Under the pieces are notes generated by a model. It was not told the DNA's origin and ran no database searches. It saw only the letters and a list, made by a program, of their open reading frames with translations. A stretch of 64,000 nucleotides of DNA from the IMG/VR virus record IMGVR_UViG_3300024054_000008, positions 1 through 64,000 of that record. The stretch is one strand, 5' to 3'. The position numbers and the translations under genes are program-made. Positions 9,986 through 19,549 of this stretch are shown here, one piece after another; within the stretch, counting starts at the first letter, position 1, and each line of letters starts with the position of its first letter. This stretch comes from a virus.

Positions 9986-11851
9986 CTATTTTAACTGCTT
10001 TGCAAAAACTGATTTACTAAATTCTTCAACTTTAAAAATATTAATTTTTTTAGCAAATTCACCCTCTTTCATTTTGAGTTTTTTAGCCATGTCCCATATT
10101 GTTTTTTTGTGTATTAAACGACCTGTTGAAACATCAACATAATGATAAGAATTACCGGTGTTATTCAATTTTTTCCAATTATCAGCTTTATATATAGTAC
10201 CAACATCACAAACAGTTGAATCAGAAAAACTTAATATAAGATTTATATTTGGCACATCAGATTTTAGCATTTTAGAAAATTGTTTTAAACAAAAGGTCGC
10301 AAGATTACCGCAAGACACATTTGGTCTAATGCAAAATCTTTTAAGTTCACGAATTGAATGTGATGTATATTTAGTATTAAATGCATTGTTTATTTTTTTG
10401 ATTGAATTATCACGGGTAACACCGCCATACACGCATACACATATTAATTTGTCATCATAATACGCACCATATATTATTGACGAATTTGTAAACCCTCCTA
10501 GATAATGATAGCTTGCAAGAAATTCAGACGCCAACTCACAATTAATTTTTGAAAATTTAATTTCGTCTAGATTTATTATTTCAATTTTTGGTTCTGTAAT
10601 TTTGTAAATATGATAATCTAATATTTTGTGAAGTCTGCCAATATGTAATTCATGCTCCCAAATCCATATCAACTTATGTGTTGTGTATTTTTCAATGTAT
10701 GTTGATTTGCCTCTATCTCTAGCGGTCCCGGAGTAACCATTGTCTTTAAAATTATGAAAATAGTCACCTTGGCATTCGATTAGCAAATTTGCTGAAGGAA
10801 TAAAAAAATCAAAAGAATAATTTTTAATCATAAATTCTCTAACAAATTCTATTTTATATCTATTTTTCAAAATTTTTTCAATTAATTGATTAGTAAATGG
10901 ATCTGACATTCTTTCAACAACTTCGGGAATTAGATTTACAGCATCAACACCGTATTTATTAATCAGTGAATGTTTGAGTTTTTCTCCCCTACAATTTGAA
11001 CAAGAAACTACCCCATTTGATTTCACAAATGACCTAAATTGGATGTTGACATCAGTCTTACAAAAATAACAATTTGCAACCACAATTGATTTTGATGATG
11101 AAGTTAAATTACTTGGGTCATATTTAAATTTGTCAATAGTATTATTTATCACACTTTTATTTAACCAACGATTCAATGATTTAAAGTTGGCGTAATAGTC
11201 ATACGGATTAGAGTTATCGTTACTTTTTAAGTATGAATAGTAAACCGGTTTGCATAACTTACAATGTAATATATTAGTTCTACATTTAATAAATGAATTG
11301 TATTTTAATTCAAAATGTGAGCCACAAAATCCGCATTTTGCTATTACAGGCTTTAATGAATTCAACGGCATGTAATATGGGTCATAACCATATGTTTGCT
11401 TTGTAGATTCGACATCTATAAGATCAAATCGAATCTTAGATTTAACATGTAGGAAAAACTCTCTTTCCGAAGAAAAAGAATCAGACAACAAAAAATTGTT
11501 ATAAATTGACTCACAATGTTTACATGAATTAGTTGATTTATGATATAGTGCATCAGACCTAATATTAAACTCGCGTAAACAAAATTTACATCTGTAAGTA
11601 TAAAATCCATTAGATTTAGAGGTTATATTTACTTCGTGATTTTTCAATTTTTCAATATGACTAACATAAAAATCGTGTTTTGATGAATCAGATTTTAATC
11701 TTGTAAAGGCACTTGATAAACCATTACACGACTTACAGTGCAATGGTTTATCAAGTGCCTTTACATCTCTTTCAAAATTGTTTAAGCAGAATTCACATTT
11801 AACCAGTTTTTTCCGACTTGACTTTGTTGTCGTATGTTGCCGCACTTTCAT
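9986..11851 (-). CDS. Zn-ribbon repeats + Vsr/DUF559-like nuclease + Mom-like GNAT domain fusion
   Basis: Multiple CxxC pairs; FDFFIPSANLLIECQGDYFH...WIWEHE; C-terminal FLASYHYLGG...RELKRFCIRP...SFSDSTVCDVGTIYKADNW. Confidence 0.75.
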   Translation of the reverse strand: MKVRQHTTTKSSRKKLVKCEFCLNNFERDVKALDKPLHCKSCNGLSSAFTRLKSDSSKHDFYVSHIEKLKNHEVNITSKSNGFYTYRCKFCLREFNIRSDALYHKSTNSCKHCESIYNNFLLSDSFSSEREFFLHVKSKIRFDLIDVESTKQTYGYDPYYMPLNSLKPVIAKCGFCGSHFELKYNSFIKCRTNILHCKLCKPVYYSYLKSNDNSNPYDYYANFKSLNRWLNKSVINNTIDKFKYDPSNLTSSSKSIVVANCYFCKTDVNIQFRSFVKSNGVVSCSNCRGEKLKHSLINKYGVDAVNLIPEVVERMSDPFTNQLIEKILKNRYKIEFVREFMIKNYSFDFFIPSANLLIECQGDYFHNFKDNGYSGTARDRGKSTYIEKYTTHKLIWIWEHELHIGRLHKILDYHIYKITEPKIEIINLDEIKFSKINCELASEFLASYHYLGGFTNSSIIYGAYYDDKLICVCVYGGVTRDNSIKKINNAFNTKYTSHSIRELKRFCIRPNVSCGNLATFCLKQFSKMLKSDVPNINLILSFSDSTVCDVGTIYKADNWKKLNNTGNSYHYVDVSTGRLIHKKTIWDMAKKLKMKEGEFAKKINIFKVEEFSKSVFAKQLK

Positions 11852-12194
11852 TACCTTTTTCTTGTAATGCTATCGATTGGGCTTCTGCCCAACTCTCAGT
11901 AACTTTACCACCAAAATTCGGGTTCAATTGCTTTGGTTCTCCATAACGATCTCTTTGACGTTTTTTCATTTTTTCATTTTGTTGTCTTCTGAAATTTTGG
12001 TAGTGTATGCCTTTTGATGGCCATGATCCTGTGGCCCCATCCTTAAAAACAACTTGCGGAATTGATGGTGTAAAAACATAATTGCATTGTCCACCACAAT
12101 TTTCACAATTAGGTTTAAATGTTAACCTATCATCTACTTTGCATTGTTCTTCTTGAATGTTCCCGCATTTGGAGCAAAGAAAATCATATATCAT
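11799..12194 (-). CDS. FmdB-like zinc-ribbon protein
   Basis: N-terminal IYDFLCSKCG...PNCENCGG followed by VVFKDG.TGSW.SKG. Confidence 0.75.
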   Translation of the reverse strand: MIYDFLCSKCGNIQEEQCKVDDRLTFKPNCENCGGQCNYVFTPSIPQVVFKDGATGSWPSKGIHYQNFRRQQNEKMKKRQRDRYGEPKQLNPNFGGKVTESWAEAQSIALQEKGNESAATYDNKVKSEKTG

Positions 12195-12208
12195 ATAAAC
12201 GATACAAT

Positions 12209-13408
12209 TTATGGTTTTTCTTCAAATTCTTCTACAACTTCTTCTTCTAACTCAGGTTCTTCTGTCTCTTCTCCCTCCTCTTCTAACTCAGGTTCTTCTG
12301 TCTCTTCTGTCTCTTCTGTCTCTTCTGTCTCTTCTGCCTCTTCTGCCTCTTCTTCTAACTCAGGTTCTTCTGATACCTCTTCTGCCTCTTCTTCCTCCTC
12401 TGTCTCTTCTTCTGTCTCTTCTTCAATTTCTATATCTGTTTCTGGGTGTAATTCATCAGTTTCGCTCAATGCAATACGCGAAACTGATTCCATATCGCCC
12501 CAATTTTTGTCTATTTCTTTAAGAAGTTCTTCATCACTAAGTTCCCAGTTATCTTCGAGTATGTCTTGAACAAACGAATCAAGACGTTTTATGGTTGCAT
12601 ACGTATGCTTACACAGCCAATATTTTCTATCCGGGTCTCTAACATTCGGTGGAGATGCAGTCCCATTTGGTTTATCTAATAAATAATTTTTTTCTTTAGC
12701 ATGATATTCTGGACCATTCCATCGCCAAAATGGACAAGAACACGTAAGTGCAACGTCATCCACATCCGACAATGCAACACGAACAGTTCGTTCTGGTTTA
12801 CCTTCACCAGAACTAACACCAAAAGTAAAAATCCTGCCGCGCTTATCGTACGATATTAATCTAACATCACAATATTCAGCATTATCTTTAATTTTAGTAG
12901 GTGTTCTTGGTATTAAACTTTCTGGTTTTAAGGCTAGTTTTGTGAAAAAAACCTGCGATGAATGACGAACCGGCTTTTCTTTTGTATAATATGGATATTC
13001 TTGATACCCAGTTGGATCAACATCGCTCATATATGATGTATCAGTTGGGTCTTGTATATTTTCGTCTATTTTAGTCCCATCTTCTTGGTGTTTTGTTTTT
13101 TTCCAGTAACCGTCAATGTCAAACATTGATCCTTCTTCTGTGTCGGTAACAGTTGGTTTGTCATCTTCGTCCATAACGAATGTTTTTGCGCCGAATAAAT
13201 CGCCATCTGGTGAATATGCAATTTTAGAAGCAACACGACTCGAAGCAGTCGTTACAGACTCAACTGCTATTGGTATTAAAAACATTGGTTTTAAATGATC
13301 GGGTATAGCTATGGCAAAACTTAATATATCAGGAAATACATTCTGGCACTCGTAAGCATAGAATGCACTGTCGCTAAGTATGAACCCACGAGGCGTTAAT
13401 TCACTCAT
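12209..13408 (-). CDS. SWIM zinc-finger protein with long acidic C-terminal tail
   Basis: LTCSCPFW...WLCKHTYA (SWIM CxC...CxH); last ~55 aa almost all Glu. Start moved to ATG 13408 just after the upstream stop. Confidence 0.7.
   Translation of the reverse strand: MSELTPRGFILSDSAFYAYECQNVFPDILSFAIAIPDHLKPMFLIPIAVESVTTASSRVASKIAYSPDGDLFGAKTFVMDEDDKPTVTDTEEGSMFDIDGYWKKTKHQEDGTKIDENIQDPTDTSYMSDVDPTGYQEYPYYTKEKPVRHSSQVFFTKLALKPESLIPRTPTKIKDNAEYCDVRLISYDKRGRIFTFGVSSGEGKPERTVRVALSDVDDVALTCSCPFWRWNGPEYHAKEKNYLLDKPNGTASPPNVRDPDRKYWLCKHTYATIKRLDSFVQDILEDNWELSDEELLKEIDKNWGDMESVSRIALSETDELHPETDIEIEEETEEETEEEEEAEEVSEEPELEEEAEEAEETEETEETEETEEPELEEEGEETEEPELEEEVVEEFEEKP
12245..12420 (-). repeat. Coding microrepeats producing the poly-acidic tail (EETE, EEPELEEE)
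   Basis: Tandem 9-nt tcttctgtc/tcttctgcc units and three copies of tcttctaactcaggttcttctg on the + strand. Confidence 0.8.
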
Positions 13409-13412
13409 TGTT

Positions 13413-13799
13413 CTACCATGAAATGTCATCTTCTGAAGATTGTTCATCAAAACGAATTTGTAAACCAGTCCTACGTGGTATATTTACCCTTATGTCTTCA
13501 AGCATTTTCTCAAGTTGGTCAATTTTTTCAGGCCTAAGTGATTGTTTTATTTCTTCTGAATCAAGTCTATTAACAGCGAATGCAGCAGCGTCCAAAGATT
13601 TTTCGAGTTTTAAAAGTTCCATAGGCGCTGCGTGTATTAAATCACCAGCAACTGCATAAAAATGGTCCTTTTTTTGACTACTGTTTATTAACTCAAGAAC
13701 CTTTACAACAATTCTTTTTAACTCATCACAATGCAGACGAGCATCAGAAAGCTCTTCTTGAATATATACACTAACGTTTGCTTTATGACTACGACTCAT
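13413..13799 (-). CDS. Hypothetical helical protein
   Basis: ~128-aa ORF, coiled-coil-like composition. Confidence 0.55.
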   Translation of the reverse strand: MSRSHKANVSVYIQEELSDARLHCDELKRIVVKVLELINSSQKKDHFYAVAGDLIHAAPMELLKLEKSLDAAAFAVNRLDSEEIKQSLRPEKIDQLEKMLEDIRVNIPRRTGLQIRFDEQSSEDDISW

Positions 13800-13835
13800 C
13801 AATATAATTAATCAATAAGAAATTAATTATTAATT

Positions 13836-14831
13836 TCAACGAAACTGTTTCGGAAATTCTTTTTCTAAAGCCCGCCTGAAATTATCACCCTCAGCTGCAT
13901 AAACAGCTTCAAGCGTCTGAGGATCAGTACCATATGATTTCAAAGTGTTCATCCTCTCTGATAATTTACCGTCAAAGCTCCAATCAATTGGAAAATCAGG
14001 CTTAATATGACGTGCTATGCGTATTCTGGTTGGGATTTTCATGTCAATTTTCAAACCATTTGAATTAAGATGTAAACCTGGTTTAGATTGCCTTGAACTA
14101 GTATCTTCAACTGAAATTCCCTCAGAACTTATTTTCTCAGATTTTCTTACTTTGCCTATTACTGTTCCTTCATTTTCTTCTTCATTTATAGTGGGAGACA
14201 CACTGCCGACATTTGTTTTTATTTCGACACCTTCTTTAAGAATAACGTTTTGATTTGGCTTTTTGCCAATTGGCTTTGGCATCTCCAATTCATTCAACTT
14301 TTTCCCATAATCAGTGTCTCTTGAAACATCGACAGATTCAGCTTTTGCTGGCGATCTGATCCTTCCTACAACTTCGCCATCTTGGTCTTGTACGCCTTTT
14401 TTAACAGACGCGGTTAATTTGCGCGGTTCTGGACGTTCAGTAACACCGGGTTTACCTTTGTCTTGCCTGTCGCTAATACTAAGAATAGTTTGTTCATCAA
14501 TATCAGCAGTTTCTAAAACTCCACTATCTGATCTTTGAACTTTCGACAGATCAGTGTTTATTGTTTGAGCTTTTGCTATTTTACGATGTGGTTGAACAGA
14601 TTGTGGTAAATCACTGATATCATTACCAACTGATACTAACCACCCAGTTTTTATTGCACCACGCAACGACGGGCTAGTAATTTCAGCTCCAGCGTATTTT
14701 AATATAGTACCATCATATTCAATTTCATCGCCCTGTTCAATTTGCATTATACCTTGTGAATTTTGACCAATGCGAATTTTCATACGGGCTAAAAATTTGT
14801 GATAATTACCCCTCTGCCATTGGATATCCAT
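13836..14831 (-). CDS. Hypothetical protein
   Basis: 331-aa ORF with SD GGAG; charged, low-complexity centre. Confidence 0.6.
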   Translation of the reverse strand: MDIQWQRGNYHKFLARMKIRIGQNSQGIMQIEQGDEIEYDGTILKYAGAEITSPSLRGAIKTGWLVSVGNDISDLPQSVQPHRKIAKAQTINTDLSKVQRSDSGVLETADIDEQTILSISDRQDKGKPGVTERPEPRKLTASVKKGVQDQDGEVVGRIRSPAKAESVDVSRDTDYGKKLNELEMPKPIGKKPNQNVILKEGVEIKTNVGSVSPTINEEENEGTVIGKVRKSEKISSEGISVEDTSSRQSKPGLHLNSNGLKIDMKIPTRIRIARHIKPDFPIDWSFDGKLSERMNTLKSYGTDPQTLEAVYAAEGDNFRRALEKEFPKQFR

Positions 14832-14894
14832 ATCAACAACTCCTATTTGAATATACTATACAGAATGAAGTTTATGAACTTTATTAAAAATTGA

Positions 14895-15428
14895 TTAAGG
14901 AGCAGACGTTATAACTTCTGATTCTGGCATTTCTTTTTCAGAACCTTTAAATGAATTTATAAATTTGTCTATTTGCCTCTTAAGCAATTTTAACTTAGAC
15001 TCAAGGTTTTCTTCATTATTAGTCTCTTTACGAGCATCGTCCCATTTCAGAACAGTTCTTTCACCTTCATCAAGATCCCATAAACCAAGCTCCTCAGCTT
15101 CTTGAGCAATTCGAATCATTACAGAAGCTATACGTTTGCATATATCATCAACTGCTATCTTCTTTATAGTTGTACTATCATAATTTTGGTTATTAAACCC
15201 ATCCAAAGACTTAATTATATGATCAAATTGATCATCAACAGACACATCAACAGAAATTTTGGCAGGAATGTTTGGTCCAATCCTCCTAGAAGAAGCAGTT
15301 CTAGAAAGAAGACTTAATAACACCAATTTCAGATCATTGACTACTAAATCTTGATTTGGATGTTTTGATATTTCTAATTTTGACGCAATTAACCTAAGAC
15401 GTTCCGATATTTGATTAGGAGTTTCCAT
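14895..15428 (-). CDS. Hypothetical protein carrying an RxIAS...P..LV..D module (putative virion/head protein)
   Basis: N-terminal SERLRLIASKLEISKHPNQDLVVNDLKLVLLSL resembles the duplicated module in 18210..18950. Confidence 0.55.
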   Translation of the reverse strand: METPNQISERLRLIASKLEISKHPNQDLVVNDLKLVLLSLLSRTASSRRIGPNIPAKISVDVSVDDQFDHIIKSLDGFNNQNYDSTTIKKIAVDDICKRIASVMIRIAQEAEELGLWDLDEGERTVLKWDDARKETNNEENLESKLKLLKRQIDKFINSFKGSEKEMPESEVITSAP

Positions 15429-15482
15429 TAGTTATAACCATCAATCAAAGTTTCAGTATAAATGTCAATGTAGTATATTTAT

Positions 15483-17459
15483 ATGACAAATAAAAATAAA
15501 TTAATATTAATAACTATAGTTTCTCTTGCAATTTATTTGTTTTTGCCGATTTTGGCAAAATTTATTTTGATTAAAAAATTGGATAGCATTGAGATACCAT
15601 CAGACGTAGAATCGGTCAACTTAACATGGTTTGGAATAAATGCAAAAAATGTTCGTTCAAAAATTTGTAACAACAAAATATATACAAATTTTGAGAACAT
15701 ATCAGTCAAAATTGGGTTAGACTTAGAAATAAAACATATAAGATTAGAAAATGGTTCTATAGACATAAAGTCTATAGAATGTGTAGACAAAAAGACCTAT
15801 GCAAAATCAAAAAGAAGAAACACCAAATTTGAATTGGTAGATTCTTCAGTAAATTTGAGTGGCAATCTACCAAATACAACATTAGAAGGTGTTAATATAA
15901 ATAAAACAGACAATAAAACAGAATTTAATATAGAAAGCGTAGACATCAAATGGAAAGCAAACATAAAGTTAAAGAACGTTCATATTCTGAAATTAGATGA
16001 TAACATACAAATAAACAGCAAAGAATTAATGGTTAATAAACTAACCACTACTCTAACCACCACTAAAACAAATGAACAATCAAATGAATTTGATAAAATT
16101 TGGAATTATGTAGACAAAACATTTCCAATAGAATCGAAATTATCAGACACAAAATATACGGTAAAATTTGAATCAGAAAATACAAAAATAAATGATAATG
16201 AATTCAGCTTGGAATTCAATTTACGAAAAAACAATATTGAATTTAAAATAACAACAAACAACAAACAACAAATAAATGCAAATATCGTTTATGAAAAAAA
16301 GAATGACACGTTAAACTATGATTTAAATTTAGACGTTAAAAACATCAACGTAAATAATAAATTGATTTCAGATGAAAATGTGATTTTGAATTTACAAACA
16401 AATTTGAAAGGAAAACTAGAAAAAAATGCGTTAATAGGAACTGGCATATTCAATGTTTCTGACACATATACGACTATGTCATATAAATTAAAACGTGAGA
16501 CAGATCAATCAATAATTGAACTTGAAGCATCGTTGCAAGATTCACCGTGCCAAAAAGTAATAAATTCAATACCAAGCGGTATGAAAGGGAAACTAGAAAA
16601 AATAGAAGTTGAAGGAACATTCGGATTCGATACAAGCATAAAATACTATAGTAAGAACAAAGAAAAATCGGACGCGAAATTAAATATAAAAATGAAATGC
16701 AAGAAATGGTCTGTACCAAATGAAATGAACGTTAAAAATTTCAAAAAACCATTTGAACATATTGTATATGATATAAATAAAAATCAAAAATCAACAAAGT
16801 TAGGCCCAGGAACAAAAGATTGGTTTCCGATTGGTGCAATGTCGAGGTTTATAACATTATCAATAACAACAACAGAAGACCCGGGTTATGGAAAACATGC
16901 TGGCGTTATACCAAAAGCATTAGAAAATTCTCTTATAGAAAACTTGAAATCTGGCAGATTTGTAAGAGGTGGCAGCACAATACCGATGCAGCTCGCCAAA
17001 AATTTGTGGTTAGGCAGAAAGAAGAATATAGCCAGAAAAATTCAAGAGTTGTTTTTATCATCTTATTTAGTTGAATCAATAACTCAAGAAGAACTATTAG
17101 AACTATATCTAAACATTATTGAATACGGGCCGAATGTATATGGTATAAAACCAGCATCAGAATATTATTTTGACAAAAACCCGTCAAACTTATCATTGAG
17201 CCAATCATTGTTTATAGCATCAATACTACCAAACCCAAACAAACAAAGATTTGACTCAGACGGAAAATTAAATCAAGGAGCGCTGTTGTGGATAAAAAGA
17301 GTCATGAAGTCAATGTTAGATAACAATAAAATATCAGAAATTGAATATGAAAGAGGAATGCAAGAATGGCCAAAATTTAAAAAATCCGATTCATCTTCAG
17401 AAAGCCAAAAATTCTCTGATGAAGAGTTAAAAATAATCAAAGAATTGGAAACACACTAA
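15483..17459 (+). CDS. Membrane-anchored peptidoglycan glycosyltransferase (GT51, monofunctional MtgA-like domain) with large N-terminal region
   Basis: N-terminal TM helix; GT51 motifs TEDPGYGKHAG, RGGSTIPMQLAKNL, RKIQE, LELYLNIIEYG, SLFIASILPNP. No transpeptidase domain. Confidence 0.88.
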   Translation: MTNKNKLILITIVSLAIYLFLPILAKFILIKKLDSIEIPSDVESVNLTWFGINAKNVRSKICNNKIYTNFENISVKIGLDLEIKHIRLENGSIDIKSIECVDKKTYAKSKRRNTKFELVDSSVNLSGNLPNTTLEGVNINKTDNKTEFNIESVDIKWKANIKLKNVHILKLDDNIQINSKELMVNKLTTTLTTTKTNEQSNEFDKIWNYVDKTFPIESKLSDTKYTVKFESENTKINDNEFSLEFNLRKNNIEFKITTNNKQQINANIVYEKKNDTLNYDLNLDVKNINVNNKLISDENVILNLQTNLKGKLEKNALIGTGIFNVSDTYTTMSYKLKRETDQSIIELEASLQDSPCQKVINSIPSGMKGKLEKIEVEGTFGFDTSIKYYSKNKEKSDAKLNIKMKCKKWSVPNEMNVKNFKKPFEHIVYDINKNQKSTKLGPGTKDWFPIGAMSRFITLSITTTEDPGYGKHAGVIPKALENSLIENLKSGRFVRGGSTIPMQLAKNLWLGRKKNIARKIQELFLSSYLVESITQEELLELYLNIIEYGPNVYGIKPASEYYFDKNPSNLSLSQSLFIASILPNPNKQRFDSDGKLNQGALLWIKRVMKSMLDNNKISEIEYERGMQEWPKFKKSDSSSESQKFSDEELKIIKELETH

Positions 17460-17872
17460 TCAGCTCCGATTTCCGATTTAATTTTATTACAAAATGCAGC
17501 CGGGTCACCAACATCCGGCATGTCATCTTTAACTTTTTTCATACACTTTGTCATAGTTTCTCCAACTGATTCCCAAAATTTTCTCTTTGATTTTTCAGTC
17601 CAATCTTCTAAACCTTTAGCATATCTCATTGAAGAAAACCTGAACAAAGCACGCTTAGCAATATCAGATAAAGGAAATTTTGGCGCACCATAAGAAGACA
17701 CAGAAGCAATTTTCGGGCACGGGCATGAACACTCAGGACCACAAGTACAATATCCGCCATTTTCGCAAGCACACCCAGTTGCACAGTGTCCAACACATTC
17801 TTTAGAAATTTGTTTTTTAGTAAATTTGTAAACTGCATTTAAAGCGGTATTGTTAGACATGATAATCTCCAC
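17456..17872 (-). CDS. Small protein with metallothionein-like Cys cluster
   Basis: CVGHCATGCACENGGYCTCGPECSCPC: 9 Cys + 1 His in 27 aa. Confidence 0.55.
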   Translation of the reverse strand: MEIIMSNNTALNAVYKFTKKQISKECVGHCATGCACENGGYCTCGPECSCPCPKIASVSSYGAPKFPLSDIAKRALFRFSSMRYAKGLEDWTEKSKRKFWESVGETMTKCMKKVKDDMPDVGDPAAFCNKIKSEIGAD

Positions 17873-18209
17873 GACACAAACAACATTAGAAAGTCAAACA
17901 TCAGATACATTTATCATGGATAATCAATATGGATTATCAGATATAACATATGGAAATACGAATGTATTTGGAAATACAAATGTGATTAATATAACAGGAC
18001 AAAGTGTAACAAACCAAAATCAAATTTGGTGGATACCAAATGATAACTCAGTCAACGTCAACGAACCATCATTAATATATGGGTCCAACTTCGATATCAA
18101 AGAAATATTAAAAGCATATATGAAACAAGCGATACAACAATCAATGGACCCTGGTGACATCAGAAAAATGTTGGATGAAATTATTACAGAAGAAGTCGTA
18201 GATAGTTAA
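17850..18209 (+). CDS. Hypothetical protein with C-terminal ITEEVVDS tag (start uncertain)
   Basis: ORF ends LDEIITEEVVDS*, nearly identical to the end of 25181..25489; the 5' end overlaps the divergent gene, so the real start may be later. Confidence 0.5.
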   Translation: MLDMIISTTQTTLESQTSDTFIMDNQYGLSDITYGNTNVFGNTNVINITGQSVTNQNQIWWIPNDNSVNVNEPSLIYGSNFDIKEILKAYMKQAIQQSMDPGDIRKMLDEIITEEVVDS

Positions 18210-18950
18210 TTAGCTTTCAAGAACTGAAAGCAACTGTTTAATATCTTTAGCAACCAAAGCCGGGTCTGGTTTTTTAGAAGCTTCAATACCAGAAGCTATC
18301 TTACGAAGAGCTTCAACCGTATCTTTTGGAGAAAGTTCTTTTTTCTTCGGTTCTGGATTTAAGCTAGAAATGACATTTTTAATATCTTTAGCAACCAAAG
18401 CCGGGTCTGGATTTTTAGAGTTATCTATGCCAGATGCAATTCGACGAAGAGTTTCAGCTATATCTTTCGGAGTCGGTTTTGTCATATTAATATTTTTTAT
18501 TGAAATTCTAGCAGCTATTCTAGGTATTAAATTTCTGGCCAATAAATATAATTCATTAAGGTTGAGAGCATTGTTGACAGCTGATTCTATTGCGCCTGTT
18601 TCAGTTCCGGGCATGATATCTGATTCATCAGCTTCATCGGCAGTTGGAACAAATTCATGTTTGTGAGTTAACCCAAGCAAATTTTTCTTTAAATTCAAGA
18701 CTAACGGCTTTGAATCAAATGATTTTGGATTAAGCAATTCTCTAGCAATCTGGTCAGCTATATTCGTGTCAATTATTGATTCAATTTCAGAATCACTAAT
18801 GTTAGATTCAATATTGACTCTTCTAAATTCTTTGATTAAATCATCCCAATATTTATCAAGTGATTCGTAAATTCTATTTTCAACCAAATGAGTTCCATAA
18901 GTTTTATACAAAGCATCCATCATCTCATGAGAGATACTAGAAAGTCTCAT
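18210..18950 (-). CDS. Hypothetical protein with duplicated C-terminal ~40-aa module
   Basis: ETLRRIASGIDNSKNPDPALVAKDIK and EALRKIASGIEASKKPDPALVAKDIK; exact 33-nt DNA repeat at 18237-18269 and 18378-18410. Confidence 0.65.
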   Translation of the reverse strand: MRLSSISHEMMDALYKTYGTHLVENRIYESLDKYWDDLIKEFRRVNIESNISDSEIESIIDTNIADQIARELLNPKSFDSKPLVLNLKKNLLGLTHKHEFVPTADEADESDIMPGTETGAIESAVNNALNLNELYLLARNLIPRIAARISIKNINMTKPTPKDIAETLRRIASGIDNSKNPDPALVAKDIKNVISSLNPEPKKKELSPKDTVEALRKIASGIEASKKPDPALVAKDIKQLLSVLES

Positions 18951-18973
18951 AATAAATAATAACAAAAGAAGGT

Positions 18974-19243
18974 CTAATCAATAATTAAATTTAATACATT
19001 CAGTTCATTTTTTAGTTTAAAATTCTTGCCAAAATTAATTTCAAACACCAAAGTTTCACTATTAAAAAATAATGGCACAGAGAACCCGCTTGGATAGTAT
19101 TTGTGCAAATAGGATGCAACACCAATAAGATTATCTTGGACATTAAGGTATTTATCTCCATCGAAATTATCGTGGTAAGCGAATACAAATACGCCATCAC
19201 CAAGTTTAAATGAATTAGTTATGACTATTGGTTTCGGCGCCAT
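18974..19243 (-). CDS. Hypothetical protein
   Basis: 89-aa ATG-initiated ORF filling the gap. Confidence 0.45.
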   Translation of the reverse strand: MAPKPIVITNSFKLGDGVFVFAYHDNFDGDKYLNVQDNLIGVASYLHKYYPSGFSVPLFFNSETLVFEINFGKNFKLKNELNVLNLIID

Positions 19244-19307
19244 ACTAGTACTACGTAAAAACTAATATTATTTACAGTGAGTGAGGTTTTATTGAAATAC
19301 ATATAGT

Positions 19308-19526
19308 ATGGATTTATTGTTAATAGCATCAAAAATAACTTGGATGGAATTGTCACAAATTGAACCAAAAAAAACTCAAGAATATACAACAGAAATTGAA
19401 AACCTGGCTAAGAGTATAAATTCATTCACAAGATATTATCAAATCAACAATGTAGGAGGTCCACAAAAAATGCTGAAAATGATGGACGACATAGACAAAA
19501 TTTCAAAAGAATTAAAAGCCGCATAA
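19308..19526 (+). CDS. Small hypothetical protein (N-terminal LIASKI motif)
   Basis: 72-aa ORF preceding the collagen gene. Confidence 0.45.
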   Translation: MDLLLIASKITWMELSQIEPKKTQEYTTEIENLAKSINSFTRYYQINNVGGPQKMLKMMDDIDKISKELKAA

Positions 19527-19549
19527 TTTAATATAAGGTATTGTCCATC

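Noticed and set aside
12144-12569. Ser-rich + strand ORFs (141 aa, 103 aa)
   Set aside because: Antisense to the poly-Glu tail; TCT/CTT runs are complements of GAA codons.
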